Below, in pieces: positions 25,320-37,270 of a stretch of 64,000 nucleotides of DNA; the first letter of the stretch is position 1, and every line of letters begins with the position of its first letter. The notes below the pieces were generated by a model. It had not been told where the DNA came from. It worked only from the letters and a program-made list of their open reading frames with translations, and made no database searches. Origin of the DNA: Fimicolochytrium jonesii. Lineage: Eukaryota. A program made the translations under genes and the position numbers. The DNA lies in assembly GCF_025526975.1 (NCBI RefSeq), contig NW_026515697.1, forward strand, positions 1 through 64,000, in the 5' to 3' direction.

Positions 25320-26606
25320 TTACTGCTGCAAAGCCTCGCTCAACTGTTGTCTCGCAGACAACACAACCTGCTGACTTATCGCCGTCTTCAATATATCTTT
25401 CACGGCATACTGGGACGCCGCCTCGTATGCGTAGACAATCATCGAATCGTTGATGAAGTTGTTGTGCTTGGCGAGGGCGAGAATGCAGTTGCACACTCTT
25501 GCAATCGTTTCCCGCTCGGATTTGGAAAGCGGCTGAGGGCGGATAAGGACGGGGGTAATCGATCAGACGATATGGCCGATCGTGGCAGAATGACCGCCCA
25601 CCTACCTCGTTGTCATTGTGATAAAGCGCATCGGGCTGATTCACCATATCCGGGGATATCGGTACATGCTTCGACACCCAGATGTATCCGTTCAGACCGA
25701 GGATGACGTCCACACCACACGGCAATGTCGCGAAATGGGATTTCGTCCGCTTCACAAGCGCCGAGGGTACGGTGACCAGAGACCCATTCCTCAGCTGTTT
25801 GGAACAAAGGTTATATGTGGCGTGAGCATCCATGTCCGCCGGTATCGCCATTCCGGAACCACTTCAACGCCGTCCGTTACCTTGCCGTATTTGATACTCC
25901 GCGTATGCACCGACACCGCACCATCCTGAAAGAACGCCTGCACCTCCGCCTACACAAGCAACACCGTCATTCCCACGGCCCGGTTTTCTCTTCCCAACAT
26001 TCGAAAGAAAAACCCACACTCAACATATCCCCCTCCGCAAAAAACGTCCGCATCTGCAGCTCATCCGACTCTGTTTTCCGTCGTTGCACTCCGCCGGGAA
26101 GGTTGACGGACGATAGCAGAAGCACGCCGTCTTGGCGGGAGTTTATGTCGACTTTCCACCGTTTTTGCGCGACCTGTGGATTCAAGTGATCACCAAAAGT
26201 CAGCAGAGCTCTCCACATCGACTTGGAGTCGAATTATGAACGTAGACCAGCACGAGCCCCACCTCCGTTATCCTCCCCACCACCACGTCTCCAATCTCCC
26301 CGTTGTACCGTGTGCGTAATGGTTTGACTGATATCAGCTTGTTCACCCGGTCCACCACCCCAGCCAATGATGCAACTAAAGATTCATCTTCTGTATATGT
26401 TCCATGGCCCCTGAAGCAAACAGCGACAGCGTAAGTATCCCTAGACCTAACCTCAGGAAATGACTCCAACGTACAAACCTCATAAAGGCAGTGTCCGTCG
26501 TCACGATTTCTCCAGGGGTCACGACATGGATATCGAGGTCGGGTTCTCCCGGGGTATCCAGGTCCATAAGCTCCCCATTGTCTTGTGCTGTTGTGTCGGT
26601 ATCCAT
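25320..26606 (-). CDS. RRP4: Exosome subunit Rrp4 (S1/KH)
   Basis: VVTPGE...[73 protein letters not shown]. Confidence 0.96.
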
Positions 26607-27079
26607 TATGGATCGTTTGCGTCGGTGCGGGGAAAGGTGGAATAGATTTTGGTGAGAGCTTTCGAAAAACGACCAGGACGACGAGAAACTGGCGAGTAGG
26701 TGCGAGTAGGTGCGAGTAGCTCGAAACGAGCGCGCTCAACGCGTGCATGCAAAAGGCAAGCTGTTTTACTGAAACCGCGAGGCCCAACCCTCCCAAAAAG
26801 GACCCAAGCACAAAAGTATGCGTACAATGGTCTGCAAAGAACGGTGCATCTTGCTCGAAGACAGGAGACAACCTGCCGAAGCTTCGTCGAAAAATATATG
26901 CATGATATTCACTTCAATGCAATCAAAAGTAAAGGCAGAATATTCTTGATAGGTACAATGTGAGAACATTTGGAGCTCCAGTTTCAGTTTCAAATCTTCG
27001 GGCTCACGCTTGAGATCCTGTGAACCTGTCGCTTGATTTTGCTTCAAGCTCATTCGAGAAGGGAAGTGGTCTGCTTCAT

Positions 27080-29292
27080 TTAACGGTGGTAGTCGCCGTA
27101 GAACTGACTAGCACCCCCTCGCACGGCGGGGTCGTAGCGATCTCCGTACGCTCCGGGACCTGCCGGCGGCGGCGCTCCGCTGCGGGGGTCAGCGTATGGA
27201 CCACCGGCTCCTCCGCGTTCTGCGTATGCGCCGCGGCTGTCGACCGGATAAGCTCCCGTGCCTGGTGGTGGCGGTGGGGGAGGGTAATCCTTGTAGAAGT
27301 CGCCACGATGGGGTGGAGGAGCGGCTAATGGAAGAGGTTTCGAATAAGTATGGGAACAGGACATCGAGGGAAACAAAAGATGGACTTTACCTCCATATTC
27401 AGGACCACCATAAGCAGGTCCTCCACGGTCGTATCCGCCGTAAGCGCCGCCGCCGCCGTAACCGCCTCCATAACCGCCTCCGTAACCGCCTTCATAACCA
27501 CCGCCACCGCCTCCGCCGTAGTAATCCCTTGGTGGCGGAGCGTCATACCCACCATAACCTCCGTGACCGCCGCCTCCGCCGTAGTAATCTCTACCCCCGT
27601 AGCCCCTGGGCTTGTCGTATCCCCGCGGGCCAGCGCCACCGTATCTGGGAGGAGGGGGTCCACCGCGACCCATCGAGCCCGTGTATCGATCCTAAGAAAT
27701 GGGTACCAGATTCCCCACATGACGAAACCATCGGTTACTATCCACCACCACTCATCCGCCACATGCAATGCCCCCCCCGACGAGGATGACACGGCTAACC
27801 AGGTTGATGTCCCGCCAGCCCATGACCACCTCGCCAGCTCAGAAAACCAATTCTATGATGCCCACCTCGCGCACTTCCAGTCGTCTCCCATGCCATTCGG
27901 TCCCGTCGAACATAGCTATCCCAAGGAATCCAGAGGAAAATGATTACCAACTTGCGCAAGCCCAAATCAATGCCACCATACCCTCTCCGTCATCCTCCGA
28001 GCCCAACGATATCGCCACCATCTCCGCCACTCGCCACCATCGAAAGGGTCAGAAGCCTCGGATTGGAAGGCGCTTCGGGTCGAAGGAACAGGGCGACGTC
28101 GACGGAGAAGCTGTCGATTCGACACATACTTATAGCGTTGTAAGCTTCCTCTGGGGTCTCGAACACGACGGTGCCGTTGCCCTTTGACTTTCCATCCGAT
28201 AACTCATGCACATCGGCGCGCACAACATGACCTGGAGGACAATGAGAATCTAGATAGAACGTTGAGAAGGCTGTGCACATGCTCACCAGCTTGGCGGAAA
28301 TGATCCTTCAAATCTTGCCACGCCACAACATACGGAAGCTACCAAGGAAGGACGACGTCAACAAGCTGAATCGGTGATGCACTCCGCCGTTTTTACAAAT
28401 CCCACTCACGTTTCCAACAAAGACAGCCTTCCCGGCATCCCGGCCACCACCAGGAGCACCCCCAAGGGCACTTTGAGAACCAAACTTAGCGTCGTTCTCC
28501 CGGTCCTATCAGAGCGATATCCATCAGTAAACTGAATGTCCTGCGATCAAATAGTTCGCCAAGAACATACCTCGCGAATGAAAACAGGTCGTCCCATGAA
28601 TGGAGTGTCGCTCAGCTCCTTGATAGCTTTCTGTGCTTCCTCGGGTGTAGAAAACTCGACGACACCACATCCTTTCGATCGTCCCGATGACAGAGTAAGA
28701 ATGTCGGCGAAGACGACTTCTCCAACTGCGACCCGCCCACAAGGCATTAGACTGACGTCATGTAGTTGTGAAACGTCGACTTCACAGAGAACAAACCTTT
28801 GCGCATGAAGTCTTTTAGATCCTGCCATCCGACTTCGTAAGCCAGGTTTCCTACATACACCCTGCACTCCTTCTTAGACGCTCCGCGAGCGGGGTCTCGA
28901 GGTCCAGCGGAATACTTGGAAGGACCACCACGAGCTAGAAGTGCAATAAGCGACGGTTATGCCTGCTCACCCACACGGATCACGGGGTGTGCCACTTCCC
29001 AATTACCTTCAGGGCGGTCATAGGGACCTCTGCGGTAGCGATCCCCACGAGGGGATCTTGCCCGATATCTCTCAGACCCGGAAGGCGCATCCCCAGCGTT
29101 GTGGCCGTCGTCGGCACCGCCAACTTTCTTTGAAGGGGAAGTGATGCCATTCTTGTCTTCGCTGTCTCGTTCCCGAAGATCCCTCGAGTCACGGTCTTGA
29201 TCACCGTCTCGGTCGTAAAGAGCGTCGTTGGCCGACTGCAGGTCAGCGACGTCGTTTTCGTCCTTCAGCACTGCGGTGAGATCTTCCTCCAT
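27080..29292 (-). CDS. Gbp2/Hrb1-like (hnRNP M-type) RRM RNA-binding protein with Gly/Tyr-rich tail
   Basis: RVYVGNLAYEVGWQDLKDFMRK...GRSKGCGVVEF...GRPVFIRED; second RRM AWQDLKDHFRQAG...KSKGNGTVVF; GGY repeats. Confidence 0.9.
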
Positions 29293-29865
29293 TTTGTGTT
29301 GGTTGTGTGTGGGAAAAGGTGGGGAATGATGGAACTTCGTCTGTGCAATCAATTTGGCTTCCACTTTGAAACCGACCCTCCGGAGGCCTTATTTAATGGA
29401 GATGAAGCCACGTGACGTCTCCACCTGCACACACACTCCACATTGAGGAGCTTTTCCGTGCTCACAACTGCACATACGAGGGAGCATACGTGCTTGAGCA
29501 AACCTTCTATCATGCGGATCCTACCGTCGATTGGAAAGAGAAAGAGATATATGTATAGGGTGGTGATATATGGAAGTACGCCAAATTCTCAGATTTCTGC
29601 CTAACTACGAACGAAAATTCCGAGCCCCAAAGTCCTCAAAGCCATACCATTGTTACTCGCTCGCAAACCAAAAGTGGCTTACCGCAGCTAAGCGTGTTCT
29701 TCATCTTCCTCGGAATCCTCGTCTGACGAATCAATAGGAATGGGAGCTTCATGCTCGAATTCTTCATTGCGGATAACATCCTGGTCGTCGTTGTTGTCCG
29801 CCAACTCTCTGTTTGTAATTTGTGCATCTGAAAATGGAAAAGAAATATCAAACGGCATAAGGGCC

Positions 29866-31088
29866 TCAAGTGATGGAAATAATGGACGTGGCCTCATCCC
29901 CACCTTGATCAAAGTTCATAACCACGAGCCACATCAACCCAATGCTATTGTTCTTCTCGATCCGATCAATTTTAGCGACCCTCAACCTCGTCTTCCTCCT
30001 CGGCTTGCGACCCCTCCTAGCCCGACGTGCCGCTAGCCGGCCTTTACGTCCGTCGGCAGGTAACGGTGCCATCTTCCCTTCTTGAATAGCGAGCAGACGA
30101 CGCTTGGCAGAGTCCTTGCCCTCTGTTCTTGCGGCTGTCCAGGTGCGGATCTTCACCGCAAGCTCTGAGGTTTTGTCCATGAGCGATTCTGGCGTCTTAA
30201 GAGGAGGGATGTTGTCGAAGGACACCGGTGCCACGTATCCCTCGATGTGGGACAGGTGGCGTTTAACGACGTCGGGTTCCGATGCATCGACCCGAGGCTG
30301 CCATTTGCACAAAGCTTTATGAGTTTCGTGATTCAAGATACCACCGACGAAGAGGTAACTACCTGATTTCCAAACGTCTCCACAATCCTTCCCATGAACG
30401 GAATCGGCAACCTCAACGCAAAGTTCTGGGCACCTCTCCCCAAAGCCTTCGCCACCATCAACGCTTGGTTTGGCGGTTTCTTCTCCGGCCCATCAATCTT
30501 GACAAGTTGCCTCATCGCCCGGTTCGTGCAAAGCCGAACGACAAGTCCACGGGGATTGAAGAAGTCGGTGTTGGCTTTCCTGATCAGTCGATCGGAGAGC
30601 GTTTTGGAAATGACGTGAGCGGCTGTTTGGGCGACGGTTTGCATGATGGGGCCGGCGATCAATGCCCAGGGTGCTGGGACGAAGCCGATAATGAGACCGG
30701 CTGTATCGACGACTCGTAACGGTGGGCTTGCAATCTATCAGAGGGTAGAAGCGACTTGAGAAGAGAGATATCTTGCAGGGTCAACGGAACTCACACGTAC
30801 CAAAGCAATATTGATAGCATCCACAAACTCCATCCAGTCCTTCACATCCACTCCAGCAGCAGCCAGTTCCGGCGAGTACACCCGTGCAATGGGCGAATCC
30901 CATCCAGCAACTTGTTGCGGGACACAAACGGGCGCTCTAAGAGCCGGCACCTGAGGAGGTGTGACGGGTGCAGCTCCGGGATGAAAAAGGGCGGCGGCAT
31001 CCTCGTTGGTGTAGGGTGGAAGGTCTGCTTGAGGGAAGGCGAGGCTGGCATCGCCGCCGACCATACCGGCTGATGGTGGATAGGACAT
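29866..31088 (-). CDS. Conserved fungal hypothetical protein
   Basis: Exons PVCVPQ...ARVYSPEL...WMEFVDAIN and DFFNPRGLVVRLC joined by GT-AG introns; ends LMWLVVMN. Confidence 0.7.
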
Positions 31089-31261
31089 GATGCCGGTGTT
31101 GCGCTGGGATGGAGCAGATGGGAGTCTGCCGGAAAGCTGAAGGCGAGGTCGAGGGCGGAGTGTCGCTCCGTGCGGTCGATGTGTCACCAGTGCGACCAGA
31201 CCAGCTTCCATTTCAGAAACTTCATATCCTTCCAACTTCCAACTTCCAAGATCCCAGAAGC

Positions 31262-33075
31262 ATGACCGGCAATTGGGACACTCAAACGCAGCATCTCGCC
31301 CAGCTCGTCGACCACCTAGCTCAGGAGAGATGGTGGCTGGACGGTTTCCACCTCTTCGACTTCTTTACCAACGACCTCTGGGCCCAAGTCGACCCGGAAT
31401 GGCGGAGATACGTAGAGGAGCATGCGAGCTCTGACGAGCTGCTGAACGAGATTGTTGCTCTCGCTGTGAGCGGGAAGCCGCCGGTGTGTGCATGGAGCTT
31501 GTGTTTTGGTTGGGACCCTGTACTGATAGCGTATTGACTTCTTGGGGATTGTAAAGGTACAATGGCCGGAAAGCTTAAAGGCTTTTGTGAGGAAAGCGGG
31601 CGAGCTCTCGAGAGACAGAACGGTGGAGAAAGACGAAGAACTGGGTATATTGGCGGGAGAGCAGCTCAACTATGATGTATGCCTATACGAGTCACTTTTC
31701 GGGGTTGTTTTGTGCTTCATATGAATCATGCATTCGTCCCTTGCAGGTAGGCCGCCACATGTAGACAAGCTGCCATGACGCCGAAGAAGCTGCATGAAGT
31801 AGATCGATTATCGAGAGTGGTTTTCACCGTTGCGGAGCGGTCGCATGTTGATGTAAGGCGTCATCTGAAAATCGGCTCCCTCGAGATATGCACATCTTGA
31901 CACCTCCCGTTAGACCATCATCGACATAGGAGCGGGGCACGGTTATCTTACACACCTAGTCGCAACACAAAACCCTTCACGCAGGGTCGTCGCCATCGAC
32001 TGCGAGGATGCACGAACATGCGGCTCCAAAGACCGCGGGTCCCGTATCCTCTCCTCAGTCCACCACCAAGTTCCAGCCGCGATGCTGAATTTCGGCGGTT
32101 ACCACCACCGTCTCAAGCTTGATCCTACGTGGACCAGCAAAGTGGAGTACGCGACCGCACGATTAGACCCGGCAACGCTGTCGGAGACGTGTGGAGGCGG
32201 GAAGGGGAGCCGATATGCGTTGGTCGGGTTGCATAGCTGTGGAGATTTGAGCGGGGTTACCATGCTTACGACGTTTCTGGAGTGTGGGGATGTGAAAGCG
32301 GTGGTTGTTGTTGCGTGTTGCTATCAGCGTATCACCACGGGAAGTGGTCCGAATGACGCAGCTGGTAAGTGGCGTGTGAACCCTTTCATTCTTTCTGGCG
32401 TGCTGACAGATTTCAGCTGGGATCCCGCTCAGCCAAACCGTCAAAGACCTCACAAGTCACCGCAACCCGCCATTCACCCTAACCCACCGCGTCCTCTCCT
32501 CCGCCCAACTAACCTTCGCCTCCTTCGCCGACTCCACCACAATCATCTCCTCCTTCAAAGGACACTACCACCGCTCCCTATTCGAGCTCGCACTCCGTCG
32601 CTGGTCGACAATGCACCCGGCTTCATTCGATAGACTCGGCTTGAACGAACCCGCCAGTTTCTCCTCGGGACCATCGTTTCGCGTGGGCGGGCTGCCAAAA
32701 GCTTGTACGAGAAATTTTAGGGCGTATTGTTTGGCTGCGGCGGGGAAGATGGGGCTTTTAGTTGGGGAGGATGTGGAGCAGGATCTGGGGCTTGGGCGGT
32801 CGCTTGATGGGTTGATTTTGGAGCTTCAGGAGGAGTTTCCTGTGGAGAGGATGTTGCCACGGATTGCGTTGATGTGTGTACTGAGATCGGTGTTGGGGCC
32901 GTGTGTGGAGGCGCTGGTTTTGTTGGATCGGGTGAAGTATTTGGAAGAGGGCCTTGGCTGCGGGCCGAATGGGGAGGCGAAAGGAAAGGTTTGGCTCAGG
33001 AACATCTTTGAGAATGATCTATCGCCGCGGAACGCCGCGATTGTTGCTGAAAAGACAGATGGTGGGCAGATATGA
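31262..33075 (+). CDS. METTL25-like SAM-dependent methyltransferase
   Basis: MTPKKLHEV, IIDIGAGHGYL, LVGLHSCGDL...VACCY, LGPCVEALVLLDRVKYL...SPRN. Confidence 0.9.
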
Positions 33076-33268
33076 AAAGGGCGATAGTTCTCAGAGAGGG
33101 AGTTAGTCTAGATTGAGTGTCGTAGGGAGCTTCAGAAGTGGTCCGCAGTGATAATCACGGGTGGACCAGGGATTGCTTTATGTACAAGAGTGCGGTCTAT
33201 AGAGCTGTAGTACAACTGACATGCAAGCAAACGGCAGTAAATTAAGATACACTACATACACGAAACTC

Positions 33269-34029
33269 CTATTTCTTGTTCTTTCCGAGGGTTTTGGAGA
33301 TAATCCCTTTGCCGGCGTTGAGAGATTCTGCTTTGGAGCCGGTGGCTTTGCCTTTAGCTGTTGGTGAAGCGAATGACATCGTTAGAGAATGGGTCTGCGC
33401 AAGATTAAGGTGACGAAATTTTGGCCCTAACCTGCAGCCTCCTCGGCCTTCCTCTTGGCGGCCTCCTCCCTTTGTTTCCTGATTATAGCCAACCTCGCCA
33501 TATCGGCACGAGCCTGGTCGGTCTTTCCCTCCGCCTGCGCCTTCCAGAACGCCGCCTTCGCCCGCTCCTTCTCCAGCGCCTCCCTCTCCCTCCTGCTCAG
33601 CTCCCGTTCACCTCCCCCCGAGGCTCCCAGATCACTAGCCTTCAAGTGCTGCTTGGCTGCCCTGTTCGGGTTGGCGATCTGCTCGTCCTCGTCATCACTG
33701 CCCGCCTTGCGTCTCGCCGCTGCCGCTGCAGCCTTCTTCTTCCGGGCCGCAGCGTCTCCTGGAGCCTCGACAGGCGCGGAATTTCCGAGTTTGGGGTTGA
33801 ATGCGATTGCAGGTGGTGGCAGGTCCTGTTGTGTCTCGTCTTCTGAGGACGACTCTTCCTCTTCGCTGGATTCTTCCTCGGACCCGGACACCTCGCCTTC
33901 GGGTTTCTCTTCGCGGGGTTGGTCCCAGACGTCGCCTTGGCCGCGGAGGACTCGGGCGGGGGTGAACTGCTTGGCACCGCCACGGGCGGGTTTCTTGCCT
34001 TTGGACTTGTTGCCGCCACCGAGACCCAT
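33269..34029 (-). CDS. PDAP1/HASPP28-like heat- and acid-stable phosphoprotein
   Basis: IANPNR, ELSRREREALEKERAK...GKTDQARADMARLAIIRKQREEAA. Confidence 0.9.
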
Positions 34030-34433
34030 GTTTGCTTGCTATGCGTTTGGTTGGGTGTGTTGTGAGAAGGAGTGAGGTTGCCAAAGGGGCGATTCTGTAC
34101 GGGTGGACTGTGGAATGTGTTGTGTGAACTAGTTTTCTCCCCAGGGGTTGTCGAATTGGGGGTTGGTGGATGAGCGGGTTCTTTCTCGCATGCGTCGAAA
34201 TGTGCTACGCCACGCCACAGACCCCACATCACAGGCGGTTTCAACTTTCTGGCAGGCAAACTGTCACTTGACTTTGCTTGCACTGTCATTGGCGCTGAAG
34301 AGATCAGGCAACAACAACAACAACAACGCAGGACAGCTGCCGGTCCGACTACCCACACAGTACTTCGTTCCCCAGGACACACTATCACAACTCAGCCGAC
34401 ATTCCTGCCACCTCGCCTTCCGTTGTGATAGAT

Positions 34434-36912
34434 ATGCGCAAGCTGGTTCGGGAGGCCGAGGGCGGCTATGCGCCAGTGGACACCGTAACAAACCACGACA
34501 GCCCTTCGAAACAGCGGGCAGGGGTTGCAGCACATAAGCAGGGGGTGAACCCCTTATGGAAGGATAAGGGGAACGTCATTCTTCTCGTCGTACTATGTAG
34601 GTGCGCGTTTGGGGGCGTTGATTTGGGGGTGTGTGCTTGTTGCTGATTTCTGGCTGCTGTGCAGACCTTTTACAAGGAGTGCCACTGGGTCTGACGTTTG
34701 GAGCTATTCCGTTCTTGCTCAAGAGTAAATTGAGCTATGCGGATATCGCCACTTTCTCGCTGTCGGGCTATCCGTATTCCCTAAAGGTACAGATCAGTCG
34801 TACCGGCACACAGGGTGGGGTATCGACAATAAGTACTTATCACATTTCCACTCCTGTAGCTCTTATGGTCCCCGATTGTGGATTCCTTCTACTTTAAGAG
34901 TCTGGGTCGGAGAAAGTCGTGGATCGTACCGATCCAGGCGTTGACAGGATTGGTCCTGTTGGGCCTAGGGTCCCAGATTGAGGATGTGCTCAACAAGGTG
35001 GGTGGGCTTCTGGCATCAGATTCACCTCAGCAGCGAGACTTATCCGCGTCTTCAACAGCCCATATTGCCGGTCAAAGCGCTCGCATTGGCATTCACAGCA
35101 CTTGTCTTCCTCTGCGCCACGCAAGGTAAGCACGCCGTGAATCTCTTCTCAACTGCTAAAAGCCTACAATACTGAGACATATTTTTGATGTCGCAGATAT
35201 TGCTGTGGATGGCTGGGCCTTGACCTTGCTCAGAGAAGAGAACAAGGTGTGTGTCTTCCTGCTAGTTCTCGTAGGCAAGTCATTTACTGACCTTACCATC
35301 TTCGCAGCACTTCGCATCGACAGGTACCTTCGAACTCACGGATGACATCTGTGAACGTCACTCGCTAACTACTGGAAACTCGTAGCTCAGACGATCGGCT
35401 TGAACACAGGATATTTCCTGTCATTCACAATCTTCTTGGCGCTCAACTCTCCTGAATTCTGGTATGCTTTGAACGTTAAATTATGATGCGTGGTTATGGC
35501 TGATGTGGTTCGCGATCCTTCAGCAATAAGTTCCTCCGAAACATCCCAGCCGAGACGGGTGTTCTAGCGCTTGGTTCATACCTGAAGTTCTGGGGTTCCA
35601 TGTTTTTGCTATGCAATGCTTGGCTGATCTTTGTCAAGAAGGAGGTGGGTGGTCAATACGAGCTTGTCATTTTGCGGAGGACAAGATCATCTGATCTCGG
35701 TCATGGCTATGCACGCTCCTTATAGGATGTTGAGAGAGATGACACCATCGACGACATTAAGGAGGTAAGTTCCATTCAATGCGATTCTCAATTGCTGGAC
35801 GAAGTAGGCTCACACGTCTATGCATTCTAGGTGTACAGCACCATCTGGGAGGTGTGCAAGAAGCCACGTAAGTCACTCGCGCACACATCAATTCACCCTC
35901 GATGCCACTCCCGTCTCACCCTCGACTCGTACGCTAGACATGAAAAAGTTCATTGGAGTCCTACTTCTAGCAAAAATCGGCTTCATCGCCAACGAAGCCG
36001 TCACACCGCTCAAACTCCTCGACAAGGGACTAAAGAAGGAAGATATGGCGCTCAGTGTCCTGATCGATTTCCCGTTCCAAATCCTGTTTGGATACTATGC
36101 TGCGAAATGGAGTAGTGGGAAGGAGCCATTACGTCCGGTGAGTCTTGCTAGCGTATTGATTGGTGCGGTTGAGGACGATGGGTGGTTTCTGACTCCTTCT
36201 GTTGCAGTGGCTGTACGCGTTCTATGGTCGCTTGGCTTTTGCCGGTCTGGGAATGTTGCTGGTCAACTCGTTCCCGGAGGGCGGGGCTAGTGGTGGTTAC
36301 TTTTTTGTGGTTATGGCCGCGACCGTCTTGAGCTCGTTCACAAGGTATATGTCCATATCACTGGAAACTTTCGGCGAGCATTCTCGCTCTTACGCATTTC
36401 ACACCTCTAGTACCGTGCAATTCGTCGGGATGGGCAGTTTCTTCACAAAAATCAGTGATCCTCTGATCGGAGGCACATACATGACATTGGTAAGTCTCCT
36501 ACGCCCTCAAACCTACAATCCACATTTACAAAAATCTAACCACCACCGCAACTCGCAGCTGAACACACTAAGCAACCTCGGCGGCACCTGGCCCCGCTAC
36601 TTCGTCCTCGAATCCGTCGAACTCCTCACCACCTCCCACTGCGAATCCAGTAAAGACGCAGCCTGGGGCGTCGACCAATCCTGCTCCACCGACACCCAAA
36701 AAGCCGCCTGCAAGGACCTCGGCGGGACCTGCGTCGTCGATCAGGATGGGTACTACGTCGTCGGCATCATTTGCGTGGTTATCGGCTTTATGACGCTGGT
36801 CGGGTTCATTAGGCCGATGATTAAGGGATTGTATAGGGTGCCGGATGCGGAGTGGCGGTTGAAGAGGGAGGATGAGGGGAAGGCCAAGAGGAAGGATGAG
36901 AAGGCTGCTTAG
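34434..36912 (+). CDS. Acetyl-CoA transporter (SLC33A1/AT-1 family, MFS)
   Basis: LLQGVPLGL, YPYSLKLLWSPIVDS...GRRKSWIVP, ATQDIAVDGWALTLL, ISDPLIGGTYMTLLNTLSNLGGTWP. Many short introns. Confidence 0.96.
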
Positions 36913-37270
36913 GGCGTGGATTACGACACGTTGGCAGGTTTTTTTTATCTTACTGCGACACTCGCTGCATATGCATGTACACTAGAAGTTTTGATCGGGC
37001 TATAGTAATAGATCCTAGAGCACGTACTACACTTTGTCGCCGAAGAGGTTGCCAAAAGGCTTTGCCTACAGATTTCTTTTACCGAGTGACTAGACATCCA
37101 CATTGGCCCCATAAGCAGCGAAAAAGCAAGGAAGTGGGGTTTTCAATGTGTATTGTATCACAGAATTTTGGTTGTGAAGACAACCGGAAAGCCCAGTAGG
37201 TCGAGGTATATGGATGTACACTACTTGCTCTCAACGCCAATCCCGCCGACTACATCGAATACTACATAAG

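Noticed and set aside
35308..35323. 16-nt micro-exon in the acetyl-CoA transporter
   Set aside because: Canonical splice sites; normal for intron-dense early-diverging fungi.
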